Shown here piece after piece: positions 14,717 to 23,047 of a stretch of 26,688 nt of DNA. Both the position numbers and the translations under genes were made by a program. A model generated the notes under the pieces. It was not told the origin of the DNA. It did no database searches and saw only the letters and a list, made by a program, of their open reading frames with translations. The DNA is taken from NCBI GenBank assembly GCA_964589765.1, contig CAZPUM010000002.1:4147-30834 (forward strand). The letters run 5' to 3'. This stretch comes from an uncultured Methanosarcinales archaeon. Lineage in GTDB: Archaea > Nanobdellota > Nanobdellia > Woesearchaeales > UBA525. Within the stretch, counting starts at the first letter, position 1, and every line of letters starts with the position of its first letter.

Positions 14717-14737
14717 CTTGCTGTTCTCTCCAAGAAC

Positions 14738-15292
14738 ATGTTTGATTTAGTGGTTCCAAACAACAACGAAAACCAGTTGGTTTTGATGGCTAAAAAACTC
14801 GGAATTAAAGAGTTACTTCTTATGTACAACCTAAGCGACCCTATGCTTAAACAAAGATACTCAGAGGCAAAAAAACTTGCTGATGAAAAAATTAACGTTG
14901 AACTTGCCATATTTGTGAATAGTCAACAAGAGGTTATCAAGGCCAAATCACTGACAAAACACATAGTGGGAAGGGAGAGACTGTATGAAGATAAACGGGT
15001 TAAATATCTGATAGACTTTGAATCATCCAGAAAACCTGATTTCATCCACCATAGACGAGGAGGATTAACCCAGGTTCATGTAAAGACTGCTGTAAGAACT
15101 GGAAAAACAATCCTAGTCAATGCCAATCCTTTAATCACCAACAAACTTCACCAATCCGTACTATTAGGACGATTTCAACAGAACTCTGCTCTTTTCAAAA
15201 AGTACGGTGCGGACGTGAAAGTTGTTTCCGGAGCTACAAGATCTCTCGACATGCGCGCTCCAAAAGACCTTGATAACCTTCTCAAACTTTGA
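14738..15292 (+). CDS. rnp3: RNase P protein component 3 (Rpp30/p30 family), 184 aa from ATG 14738
   Basis: The N-terminus MFDLVVP...LVLMAKKLGIKELLL and the C-terminus KKYGADVKVVSGATRSLDMRAPKDLDNL match the Rpp30 pattern (compare human RPP30 KGKNVIISSAAERPLEIRGPYDVANL). The track start at 14696 is a TTG. ATG 14738 fits the TATA spacing. Confidence 0.65.
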   Translation: MFDLVVPNNNENQLVLMAKKLGIKELLLMYNLSDPMLKQRYSEAKKLADEKINVELAIFVNSQQEVIKAKSLTKHIVGRERLYEDKRVKYLIDFESSRKPDFIHHRRGGLTQVHVKTAVRTGKTILVNANPLITNKLHQSVLLGRFQQNSALFKKYGADVKVVSGATRSLDMRAPKDLDNLLKL

Positions 15293-16157
15293 GTTTCTCT
15301 AGAAACTGACATGACTTACAGAATCCCGAAGCACATGGCTCCCCGCAACCCTTACAAGGTTCTAATTCTGTTTCAACTGCGGGGGGGAATTTGTCCTTCG
15401 TTCTGAGAAATGCGTCAAGCAAAGCGCGTCTAAACCCTGGATGTGACTGTTCGTAGTTGTTCAGAGCATCCCTGACTGTGTCGCGGTAGCTACCGCGGAC
15501 ATTTGGGCATTCCGTGAACTTGCCGACAAGGTTGTGAAGGAATGCGTATGTCATTACTTCTTTCTCTGTGCAAAAATATAGGGGTTTAACCCGTTTGGTG
15601 AATCCTTTTGCACCGTAGCCTGAAACAGGCCCACTCCTTGGAATTACGTCTGTGTGACCTTTCAAAAGGTTCATCAGGAATGCCTGAGCCTCATCATCCA
15701 TGTTATGCCCTGTCGCTATCACATCAAAATCTTTTGAGGCCTCGTTGAGCAAGTGTCGTCTAAAAGCTCCGCAGACATCGCAAGGCCTGAAGTCTTTCTT
15801 TTTCAAAATGTTATCGAGTGTGTCTCCGGCAAACTCTTCGTAAGACTTTATGATTAAGGGAATATCATGTTCATTACAGACCTTCTTCAAATCTGCCAAA
15901 GAGAACTCTCTGTAACCCGCGATTCCTTCGTTAATAACGACCGCTGTGACTTTTTTGTACCATTTGTTCAGAAGAGTCAAAAGGGTAAGGCTGTCTTTTC
16001 CTCCAGAGGCAGCCACAAGAATATTATCTTCTGGGTTAATCATTCCAAATCTTTCTATTGTATCTCTTACTCTTGATTCAAACTCTTTTATGAAGTGCTC
16101 TTTACAGCGCGGTGGCTGGTTAATTATGGCATCATTATCACAGAGATGACACTTCAT
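15282..16157 (-). CDS. ttuA: TtuA/Ncs6-family PP-loop tRNA 2-thiolation enzyme, 291 aa
   Basis: It has an N-terminal Zn finger (CHLC...CKEH) and the PP-loop VAASGGKDS. The Fe-S ligand candidates are PCDVCG and ECP. It also has GHNMDDEAQ and a C-terminal Zn finger CKGCGEPCASGFCKSC. A GGGGG SD-like run lies 5-9 nt upstream of the ATG. Its 3' end overlaps the convergent rnp3 gene by 11 nt. Confidence 0.85.
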   Translation of the reverse strand: MKCHLCDNDAIINQPPRCKEHFIKEFESRVRDTIERFGMINPEDNILVAASGGKDSLTLLTLLNKWYKKVTAVVINEGIAGYREFSLADLKKVCNEHDIPLIIKSYEEFAGDTLDNILKKKDFRPCDVCGAFRRHLLNEASKDFDVIATGHNMDDEAQAFLMNLLKGHTDVIPRSGPVSGYGAKGFTKRVKPLYFCTEKEVMTYAFLHNLVGKFTECPNVRGSYRDTVRDALNNYEQSHPGFRRALLDAFLRTKDKFPPAVETELEPCKGCGEPCASGFCKSCQFLEKLKV

Positions 16158-16194
16158 ACTGCCCCCGGATTTACCTCGCTCTTAAGAGTGTTTC

Positions 16195-19100
16195 CTAAGG
16201 CATCTGATAAAGCGGTTGTTCATCAGGTAAGATAAAATCAACACAGTTCGAGTACTCACAAAGGTTGTTGTTACAACTCATGATGCAGTTACCTACAAAG
16301 GGACAGTCAGACACTGTCTGACAGTAACCTGCCCCTGTAGAAGGCTCAGCAGGCATGTAAGTCAAGCCGTAAGTCTTGATTGCGGCACAGTGTAACTTCT
16401 GTCCTGAGTAAATCCATGCAGGGGCTCTACACCGGACACCTTCCTCGTTACAGATAGGCATCCTTTGCGCGCAAGCCTCATCATTGTTAGGATTGGGGTC
16501 AGGAACATTCGGGAAAACCCTAATATCAATCATAACAGGAACCTCGTACTCGCCCGGAGCATATTCTATCGTAACAGGCTTCTTACAAATATTGTATCCT
16601 TCCTGTCTTGTTAGAACAGTATATCCTGCAGGACAACTTCCTGCAGATGCAGTCAGGTCAATAAATGTAAGCTCCTCCGTTCCTGAGAGGTAGCTGACAA
16701 TAGATTCGTCCTCGCAATAAATACATCTCCCTCCATCACAAGAGGTGGAGTAGAGTGTTTGAGGATTGATGAATTGCGGACTGGAAAGCTCTGAACATGT
16801 ATTTGCGCCAGGATTTCCTGTCCAAATGCCTTGTGCGTTGTGCGTTATGGATGTCAAGTTGCCCTCGATGAGGTTTAGTCCGCCATCAACCCATTGCGCT
16901 ATAAGTTCAAACCCGCTTGCTTCTACAACAGAGAAGTCTAGACAGGTTACCGTTCCATCAACTTTCGCACAGTATTCGGAACCAAATCTGCCCGCGTCTC
17001 CTGAAACAGCACCTGATATTGTATCGTTATCGTGTGCGAACAGCACGGTTGTTTCTCCTGTGTTCAGCATCTTGACAGCATAGTAAGGAGGCATGTTCTC
17101 GTTAGGGTTCAAGCCTTTTCCAACAGGCGTCTCCTCTGAAAGTATGGAACTATCTGTTCCTAAATCTGCAAAGGTTCCCAACCAAGTTACGACACCTGTG
17201 GAAGACCTGATGAATGTCATAGGAACAACAGGCGTTCTGTCACCAACCATTGCTTTCAGGGTTTCAAACTCGGCTGATGATGAGACTGTGTTATTTAGAG
17301 CCGTCCTTTGTTCATCGGTCAGACCAAATATTTCAGAAGGTATTGGTTGTGTCACGTCGTCCCAAACGACGTCACCATCCTCTGGAGGGAATCCTGCAAC
17401 TGTAAGGGCGTTACCAATAGGTGTTAATTGCCTTCCAGGCCCAAACACATCTCCTATATCATAAGAGGTTGTTTTTCCTAATGCCAAAGATAGCAAAAGG
17501 TGTGTGCCCTGACTTGGTAGGGAATCGGAACGGGTCTTAGCGCCAGCAGACGCTACTGTGTATCCCTCGTAATAATCATCATTTGGAATCCCTGTGTATG
17601 GGTTTTCTGGAATTATCACTTCAAACTCTGTAATCTCGCTGTCGACTCCAGATAATGCTGCTATGGCCCAGTATGCCTGTAGCCACTCTTCAGCAGCTTG
17701 TTGTATGTCTGTATGTCCTCTTGTCTTTGACTCAGCAAGTACTGACATTACGCTTGCAACAACTGAAGGGGAATATACAGGGCTCATAATATCAGTTCCC
17801 ATAAAGTTACCTTCCCCTTTCTGAGCGTTAAAGTAATCTATCCACCACTGAACATAATCCTCTCCTTCTTGAAGGTATACTGCTGCTCCGCAGATTACCG
17901 GAATGTTCTGTCGTGAGGATGCTAAAACAGAGGCTCCTGACGAACCCATAACACCTTCCGCATCCATAAGAGCTGATGAAGACAAGGAGTTTCCTTGTAA
18001 GACATCCCATAGGTATCCGTTACATTTACAGTAGTATTCGCCCGCGCATCCATAAACATCTGGTAGAGGTGGGGGAGGGGTCCAGTCGTCGAGACAGAGA
18101 CCTTCTTGGTATCCGCAGTCTGTTAAATCGTAAGTACACTCGTTTGCGTCGCCCACCGCGAGACAGTCCGCGCTGTCTTCACTGAGAAAGCCCAACTCAT
18201 CACAGGACTTAGGTTCACTGACACCCGGTTCACATTGCTCTGTGAGACCAAGAATTCCGTTACCACAAGTGTCACCAGCAATTACAGAGCCTGAACCTGC
18301 ACCTATGGTTACTCCTGATGTGAGCTGTCTCCAGAGCATCCAGTCCTTTGTATTTTGTCTATTCAGTTCGAGCATCATTACCTGTCCTTGGTCACTCAGA
18401 GTGTATATGTTGTCATCATCCTCTGGAACAAGCGAAGAAAAATCTGTTTTGAATTGGTTGAACGCCAGCACGGCATTATCTCCGTACCAGGTTGCCGTGA
18501 TTGTTTTATCCCCTTCCTTGGCCAAAAATGCGTGGTGGAACTTCTGCAAAGGAAGAGTTGTTCCAGGGTCTATAAGCCCTCCAACTTGGCCTGATGGTGG
18601 AAGACCGAAAAGACCTCTAAAGAAATCAACAACAGATTCGAGAACCGTTGTTTCAAGTCCATCTATGGGGTTCTGACTTACAAGTATGAAAGCGGCCTGA
18701 GATGCATCTATTGGGTCTAAATAACCGTATGTGTTGAAACCCGGAATCGGTTCTCCGTCCGAACCTTCATTACAGTCTGCAAACTCTGTTTCCAGAGAAT
18801 TTAGTATGTTTCCGCAAGCATCAGGTCTGATTTCTGATGGGTCTATCTGAGCCGCAAACAAATCTGATTGGAATGTTGAAAAGGTCGATTGAAAAAATGT
18901 TTGCGTTGTTCCCGCCGTCCCAAAAATAATCTCGTCGTCATACCTTAGTACACAGTAAGGTTGGGAAGCATCCCCTGGAAAGATTGGTAAGACCTCTGAA
19001 GCAGGACCGCAGTCAAGCGAGTAATCATCTCCCTGAGGGAGCTGTGCCATGTTTGCGGCCAGAAAAGCAAGTCTTCCTTCAGGAGTGCCCAACTCTCCAC

Positions 19101-19773
19101 CTAGGGGGTTTGAACCTGTACTTGCCTGGACATCTACGCTAATATCTGAATAAACCCAACCTGCTGGCACGGGCTCGAGGTCTGAAAAAAACATAACCAT
19201 GAACCCTTCTTTTGTTTGGTCAAGAGTATACTCATTTTCTGGGTTGCTGTTGAGGTCATTTTCAATGTTGACTACATTGTTTTCATCTGAATCATATATA
19301 TCTAGTATGGATCTTGCAGGGTTTGTCTGCATAGAGACTCTTACAAAGTATGTTTCACCTTCCTCGGGCTCGAAATCTGCTGAAACAAGATTATCTGCTA
19401 TACCTCTGGCTACAAATCTTTGTTTCATGGTATATTTGTTGTCAATGCTTCCTCCTGCTATGTTCATATGAGAACAAAGATTTCTAAGGCTAAACCCTCC
19501 AAAAGGTCCCTCTCCATCAGTTTCTCCTACTGTCATATTGAAAGATAGATTGACGACACCATGTCCTGCGATATCTGAGGGGGTAGCAAGATACAAAGCG
19601 GATTCTGTTTCTCCAACTTCCCAAGGACCCTCATAGAAAATCAGGTTTCCTGGTTCGCCGTTACTGTCAGGAAAAAGCGTTCCAGCAGGAGGTTCCTGTT
19701 GAGTGTTTTCGGCGAACGCTGCCACTGATAAAACCAGGAATGCTATAAGAAAGTAAACGCCACCTCTCATCAT
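16195..19773 (-). CDS. Giant secreted cysteine-containing protein of unknown function, 1192 aa
   Basis: The signal peptide is MMRGGVYFLIAFLVLSVAAFA. It has a central CGNG-type Cys repeat (CGNGILGLTEQCEPGVSEPKSCDELGF...) and a Cys-rich C-terminus (CQTVSDCPFVGNCIMSCNNNLCEYSNC). There is no C-terminal TM helix and I recognise no enzymatic motif. Confidence 0.85.
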   Translation of the reverse strand: MMRGGVYFLIAFLVLSVAAFAENTQQEPPAGTLFPDSNGEPGNLIFYEGPWEVGETESALYLATPSDIAGHGVVNLSFNMTVGETDGEGPFGGFSLRNLCSHMNIAGGSIDNKYTMKQRFVARGIADNLVSADFEPEEGETYFVRVSMQTNPARSILDIYDSDENNVVNIENDLNSNPENEYTLDQTKEGFMVMFFSDLEPVPAGWVYSDISVDVQASTGSNPLGGELGTPEGRLAFLAANMAQLPQGDDYSLDCGPASEVLPIFPGDASQPYCVLRYDDEIIFGTAGTTQTFFQSTFSTFQSDLFAAQIDPSEIRPDACGNILNSLETEFADCNEGSDGEPIPGFNTYGYLDPIDASQAAFILVSQNPIDGLETTVLESVVDFFRGLFGLPPSGQVGGLIDPGTTLPLQKFHHAFLAKEGDKTITATWYGDNAVLAFNQFKTDFSSLVPEDDDNIYTLSDQGQVMMLELNRQNTKDWMLWRQLTSGVTIGAGSGSVIAGDTCGNGILGLTEQCEPGVSEPKSCDELGFLSEDSADCLAVGDANECTYDLTDCGYQEGLCLDDWTPPPPLPDVYGCAGEYYCKCNGYLWDVLQGNSLSSSALMDAEGVMGSSGASVLASSRQNIPVICGAAVYLQEGEDYVQWWIDYFNAQKGEGNFMGTDIMSPVYSPSVVASVMSVLAESKTRGHTDIQQAAEEWLQAYWAIAALSGVDSEITEFEVIIPENPYTGIPNDDYYEGYTVASAGAKTRSDSLPSQGTHLLLSLALGKTTSYDIGDVFGPGRQLTPIGNALTVAGFPPEDGDVVWDDVTQPIPSEIFGLTDEQRTALNNTVSSSAEFETLKAMVGDRTPVVPMTFIRSSTGVVTWLGTFADLGTDSSILSEETPVGKGLNPNENMPPYYAVKMLNTGETTVLFAHDNDTISGAVSGDAGRFGSEYCAKVDGTVTCLDFSVVEASGFELIAQWVDGGLNLIEGNLTSITHNAQGIWTGNPGANTCSELSSPQFINPQTLYSTSCDGGRCIYCEDESIVSYLSGTEELTFIDLTASAGSCPAGYTVLTRQEGYNICKKPVTIEYAPGEYEVPVMIDIRVFPNVPDPNPNNDEACAQRMPICNEEGVRCRAPAWIYSGQKLHCAAIKTYGLTYMPAEPSTGAGYCQTVSDCPFVGNCIMSCNNNLCEYSNCVDFILPDEQPLYQMP

Positions 19774-19796
19774 ATCTGTTTTCTCGAGCGGAGACG

Positions 19797-19806
19797 TTTA
19801 AATATA
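19797..19806 (-). promoter_or_regulatory. TATA box (TTTAAATATA) for the 1192-aa gene
   Basis: Its proximal edge is 24 nt and its centre about 27 nt upstream of ATG 19773, so the geometry is leaderless. Confidence 0.5.
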
Positions 19807-19932
19807 TTTCTAGGTGGGCGACCTAATACTGCCGATTGCTTTAGTTTCACCAATTTATGGAAAAAAGCTACATACACTATATAGCAAATTCATAAAACTA
19901 TATATCCTTTAGACTCGATAAAGAGGTGAGGT

Positions 19933-22623
19933 ATGAAAAGATTCTCTACTGCTACTGCACTTTGTAGTCTTGTTCTTGCTAGCACAATCCCATTAACAAA
20001 TAACAATACAGCATATGCGGTAGAACCAACAAACATTGTTCAAGAAAAATCTCAAGAACCCCCTATTGAACCAACAGACCCCGTAACGCCTACAACAGGT
20101 GAACTGACACCAGAGCAACTTGACGAGTATCTTGAAGCGCTTGAAAAGAGTCAAACCCAAGGGTCAAATGATGAGAACACCCCGAAAACATTCGCAGGCG
20201 AAGTCACTGTTGAAGGAAACATCGAAAAAACCAACGAACAAACCTTGCTTGACGCACGAAAGAACTCCGCTATCGTGAGCGACTCAATATCCTCTGAAGA
20301 AATAAGCAAAAGCCCAGACTCCAATGCCGCAGACACAGTCCAGAGACTGACAGGCATCACCATTCTTGGAGATAAATATGTGTTTGTCAGAGGTTTGGGA
20401 GAACGGTACAGTGGAAGCACCATCAATGGTTCAATCCTGCCCAGCACTGAGACTGAACGTCGCGTTGTACCCCTTAATCTTTTTCCATCAAAACTCCTCG
20501 AGAGAATAGACATTATCAAAACATATACTCCGGATATGCAGGGGGATTTTGGTAGTGGCATAGTACAGATGAAAACCAAAAATTTTCCAAAAGAAACCTT
20601 ATTCTCAATCGGACTGGGTACTGGCATAAACAGCTCAGCAACAGGCCAGGACTTTAGAACATATGCGGGCGGACTTGATATACTAGGCAGAGGAGGACAG
20701 AAACTTCCCTCAGGCATCCCTACAGAATATATCTCAAGAAGAACAGCCCTCAATCCCGTAGGGTACACTCCCGAGGAAATACAGGCTTTTGGGAGGCTCA
20801 TGGTTGGAGACTGGACAGGAACTGAGACTAGTGCACAACCCAACACTAATTTTTCTCTTACATACGGAGATACAATCGGCAGACTCGGTCTGATTTTCTC
20901 AGCCACTTCAACCAGTGGATACGAATCGATTGATGAAGAGTTGCGCTTCTTCAGTCTAGACTCAAACACGCTTGTTCCTCGAAATAATTATGAACTTGTT
21001 ACTGATAAAGAAAACGCCCAATTAGCAGGAATCACAAGTATCTCCTTTAAACTTAACGACGACCACACTCTATCATTCGATTCTTTTTACACCAAGAACT
21101 CCTCAACAGAGAACAGAGTACAGGAAGGGCTCAGTACAAATAGTGGAGGATTCATTAAAGATTATCGAGTAATGTTCAAGGATGAGCAAGTCCTCTCAAC
21201 AAAACTTTCTGGTAAACACAACTTTTCGTGGCCTGGAATTGCAAGTCTTCTGGAGTGGCATGGCTCAAAAGCGACAGCAACCAATAATTCTGATTTAAGA
21301 GAAAACCTTTACAGCATGGGTGCTCAAGGGGTATATTCTCTTATGACTGGTTCTCCTGAAACAGGAAAGATGGAATTCTATGACCTTGAAGACAACACGC
21401 AAGAGTTAGGTATTGATTACACTGTTTTTTTCTCGCTACCGAAAAACGCATATGGTTCAATAAAAGCAGGGCACCTACACATGAATCGTGAGCGTGGTTT
21501 TGAAGCTAGACGATTGCGCTTTGTTGTTCAAAACCAGACTCTGTTTGATCTCACTCAAATGCCAGAACAACTTTTCACCCCTGAAAATATCAGGCCAGGA
21601 GGTTTCGAGCTACGTGAAACAACAGGAGTAAATGACGCGTACGACGCCACACACACCGTAACTGCAAGTTATCTGATGGCAGATATAAACATGAACAAGT
21701 GGCGTGTAGTGGGTGGGGCTCGCATGGAAGATTCAAACCAAAACGTGGTTACATATAACCCGTTCAACACAGAGACAGGAGTTATATCAAGCGAACAAAG
21801 CACCGATGTCCTGCCATCACTAAACATTATTTACCGGTACTCACCTAACACAAACTTCAGGGTTGCGTATTCAAGGTCCGTTAACCGACCTGAGTTTAGG
21901 GAATTGAGTCCCTTCACTTTTGTTGAAGTCACTGGAGGAAGATCCATTGCTGGTAATCCTGATTTAAAACAAGCCACTATTGACGCCTATGACCTTCGAT
22001 GGGAAACTTTTCCTAGCCAAGGTTCAGTAATCGCTACAAGCGCATTCTATAAAACAATCCAAACCCCTATTGAGCGCATTATACAGCCAACAACCGAGCT
22101 CCGCACATCATTCGTGAATGCTGACCAAGCAACACTTATGGGTGGGGAGATAGAATTAAGACACTCGTTGGATGTTTTGGGACGTGTTTTTAAGAACTGG
22201 TCTGTAAATGCAAATTACACATACACAACATCAGAAGTGAGTATTGGCGACCAACAGTATTCAGTAACTACAACGTCAAACCGTCCTCTTATGGGACAGT
22301 CTGACCATGTGGGAAATATCTCACTTCAATATTTTAATCCTAGATGGGGATTTATGAGTCGGGCACTAATCACACATGTTGGTGAGCGCATAACAGATGT
22401 CGGTTCTTTCGGGCTTCCTGATATCAAAGAGAGCCCTTATACAACATTTGATATTGTTATTTCACAGGACCTGGCCAAGATAGCAAAAGGTCTTTCTATG
22501 AAGATTGCTGGTCACAACTTACTCGATACCGAACGAATTTTTACGCAGGGCAACGAAATACAGCGAATTTACAGTCCTGGACGCGCGTTTAGTATAGGAC
22601 TTAGCTATACGCCCCCGTGGTAA
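19933..22623 (+). CDS. TonB-dependent outer-membrane receptor (bacterial type), 896 aa
   Basis: The Sec signal peptide is MKRFSTATALCSLVLASTIPLTNNNTAYA. The plug domain (about nt 20230..20577) reads DTVQRLTGITILGDKYVFVRGLGERYSGSTINGSILPSTETERRVVPLNLFPSKLLERIDIIKTYTPDMQGDFGSGIVQMKTKNFP. A long beta-barrel region follows, ending in the aromatic terminus ...GRAFSIGLSYTPPW. A strong SD, GAGGTGA, lies 5 nt upstream of the ATG. Confidence 0.85.
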   Translation: MKRFSTATALCSLVLASTIPLTNNNTAYAVEPTNIVQEKSQEPPIEPTDPVTPTTGELTPEQLDEYLEALEKSQTQGSNDENTPKTFAGEVTVEGNIEKTNEQTLLDARKNSAIVSDSISSEEISKSPDSNAADTVQRLTGITILGDKYVFVRGLGERYSGSTINGSILPSTETERRVVPLNLFPSKLLERIDIIKTYTPDMQGDFGSGIVQMKTKNFPKETLFSIGLGTGINSSATGQDFRTYAGGLDILGRGGQKLPSGIPTEYISRRTALNPVGYTPEEIQAFGRLMVGDWTGTETSAQPNTNFSLTYGDTIGRLGLIFSATSTSGYESIDEELRFFSLDSNTLVPRNNYELVTDKENAQLAGITSISFKLNDDHTLSFDSFYTKNSSTENRVQEGLSTNSGGFIKDYRVMFKDEQVLSTKLSGKHNFSWPGIASLLEWHGSKATATNNSDLRENLYSMGAQGVYSLMTGSPETGKMEFYDLEDNTQELGIDYTVFFSLPKNAYGSIKAGHLHMNRERGFEARRLRFVVQNQTLFDLTQMPEQLFTPENIRPGGFELRETTGVNDAYDATHTVTASYLMADINMNKWRVVGGARMEDSNQNVVTYNPFNTETGVISSEQSTDVLPSLNIIYRYSPNTNFRVAYSRSVNRPEFRELSPFTFVEVTGGRSIAGNPDLKQATIDAYDLRWETFPSQGSVIATSAFYKTIQTPIERIIQPTTELRTSFVNADQATLMGGEIELRHSLDVLGRVFKNWSVNANYTYTTSEVSIGDQQYSVTTTSNRPLMGQSDHVGNISLQYFNPRWGFMSRALITHVGERITDVGSFGLPDIKESPYTTFDIVISQDLAKIAKGLSMKIAGHNLLDTERIFTQGNEIQRIYSPGRAFSIGLSYTPPW

Positions 22624-22665
22624 TAATCCAATCAACTATTTGACCTCATATTTTTCAAGGAAAGT

Positions 22666-22686
22666 TCAAAAACTTGTTTTTGATTT
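22666..22686. terminator. A/U-rich hairpin plus T-run between convergent genes
   Basis: TCAAAAAC-TT-GTTTTTGA (22666-22683) is a perfect 8-nt inverted repeat followed by TTT. T5 also occurs at 22651-22655. Confidence 0.3.
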
Positions 22687-22733
22687 GGGACAGAGCAAAT
22701 CGTTTAGACTAAATGCGGGGCACATAAGACCCA

Positions 22734-22928
22734 TCATCCACCACTTATCACACTTAGAAGTTCTACTTTTTCAGCCCCTTCAACAGAATCATCTTCTGTT
22801 ATCAGAGTTCCATCACGAACTACGAGAACTGTTTCTAGGTTTATTTCCAGGTCGTTCAAAAGCTCTTTGGCTGTGCCTGTGAACTCTTTGTTCAATGTTT
22901 TGCCAGTTTTTTCTATAAAAACTTCCAT
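22734..22928 (-). CDS. ThiS/MoaD/SAMP-type ubiquitin-like sulfur carrier with a C-terminal Gly-Gly, 64 aa from ATG 22928
   Basis: The protein is MEVFIEKTGKTLNKEFTGTAKELLNDLEINLETVLVVRDGTLITEDDSVEGAEKVELLSVISGG followed by a stop. Its beta-grasp length and ...SGG terminus fit the family. The track start at 22940 is a TTG. Confidence 0.7.
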   Translation of the reverse strand: MEVFIEKTGKTLNKEFTGTAKELLNDLEINLETVLVVRDGTLITEDDSVEGAEKVELLSVISGG

Positions 22929-22954
22929 AGTTGTGACCAAATTGATGAGACACG

Positions 22955-22962
22955 TTTATAAA
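22955..22962. promoter_or_regulatory. Palindromic TATA box TTTATAAA, possibly bidirectional
   Basis: The centre (22958.5) is 30.5 nt from ATG 22928 (minus strand) and 26.5 nt from an ATG at 22985 (plus strand). That ATG heads the leader containing the 23048-23120 hairpin. Confidence 0.45.
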
Positions 22963-23047
22963 TGCTTATCTGAAATGTAAGGCCATGCAGAGCAAGACAA
23001 CTTGGCATTATACCATGTTTGATCTTGCTTGCACGCTGTTCTCAATT

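Noticed and set aside
14696-14737. Longest-ORF upstream starts: TTG 14696, TTG 1327, GTG 2415, TTG 8966, ATG 10264 and TTG 22940.
   Set aside because: In each case a downstream ATG fits better. It either forms the recurrent ATGA overlap or sits about 26 nt from a TATA box, and it exposes the expected signal or prepilin N-terminus. The upstream codons are mostly non-ATG and overlap neighbouring genes or promoters.
19811-19825. Small hairpin TAGGT-GGGCG-ACCTA and palindrome CTATATAG (19877-19884) in the 159-nt spacer upstream of the TBDR gene.
   Set aside because: A 5-bp stem is not significant. The palindrome is probably just one of two candidate TATA boxes (with CTATATAT at 19898-19905) for the TBDR gene, and I cannot choose between them without transcription start data.
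20151-20969. 272-aa minus-strand ORF inside the TonB-dependent receptor gene.
   Set aside because: It is antisense to the highly recognisable plug domain and has no motifs or start context of its own, so it is a shadow ORF.
19933-22623. Dismissing the TBDR as bacterial contamination or a chimeric contig.
   Set aside because: I did not adopt this as the default because archaeal-type genes and promoters flank it on both sides within the same contig, and no compositional break is obvious by eye. It cannot be excluded without read-level evidence, so it stays as the stated refutation test.
22640-22882. 80-aa plus-strand ORF downstream of the TBDR gene.
   Set aside because: It is antisense to the ThiS/SAMP-like gene, whose GG terminus and beta-grasp length are convincing. 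The plus-strand product has no features.
22945-22974. C box-like TGATGA (22945-22950) and D box-like CTGA (22971-22974), suggesting a C/D box sRNA.
   Set aside because: The boxes are only about 20 nt apart and there are no C'/D' boxes or terminal stem. The segment is occupied by the TATA box of the SAMP-like gene, so it is probably coincidental.
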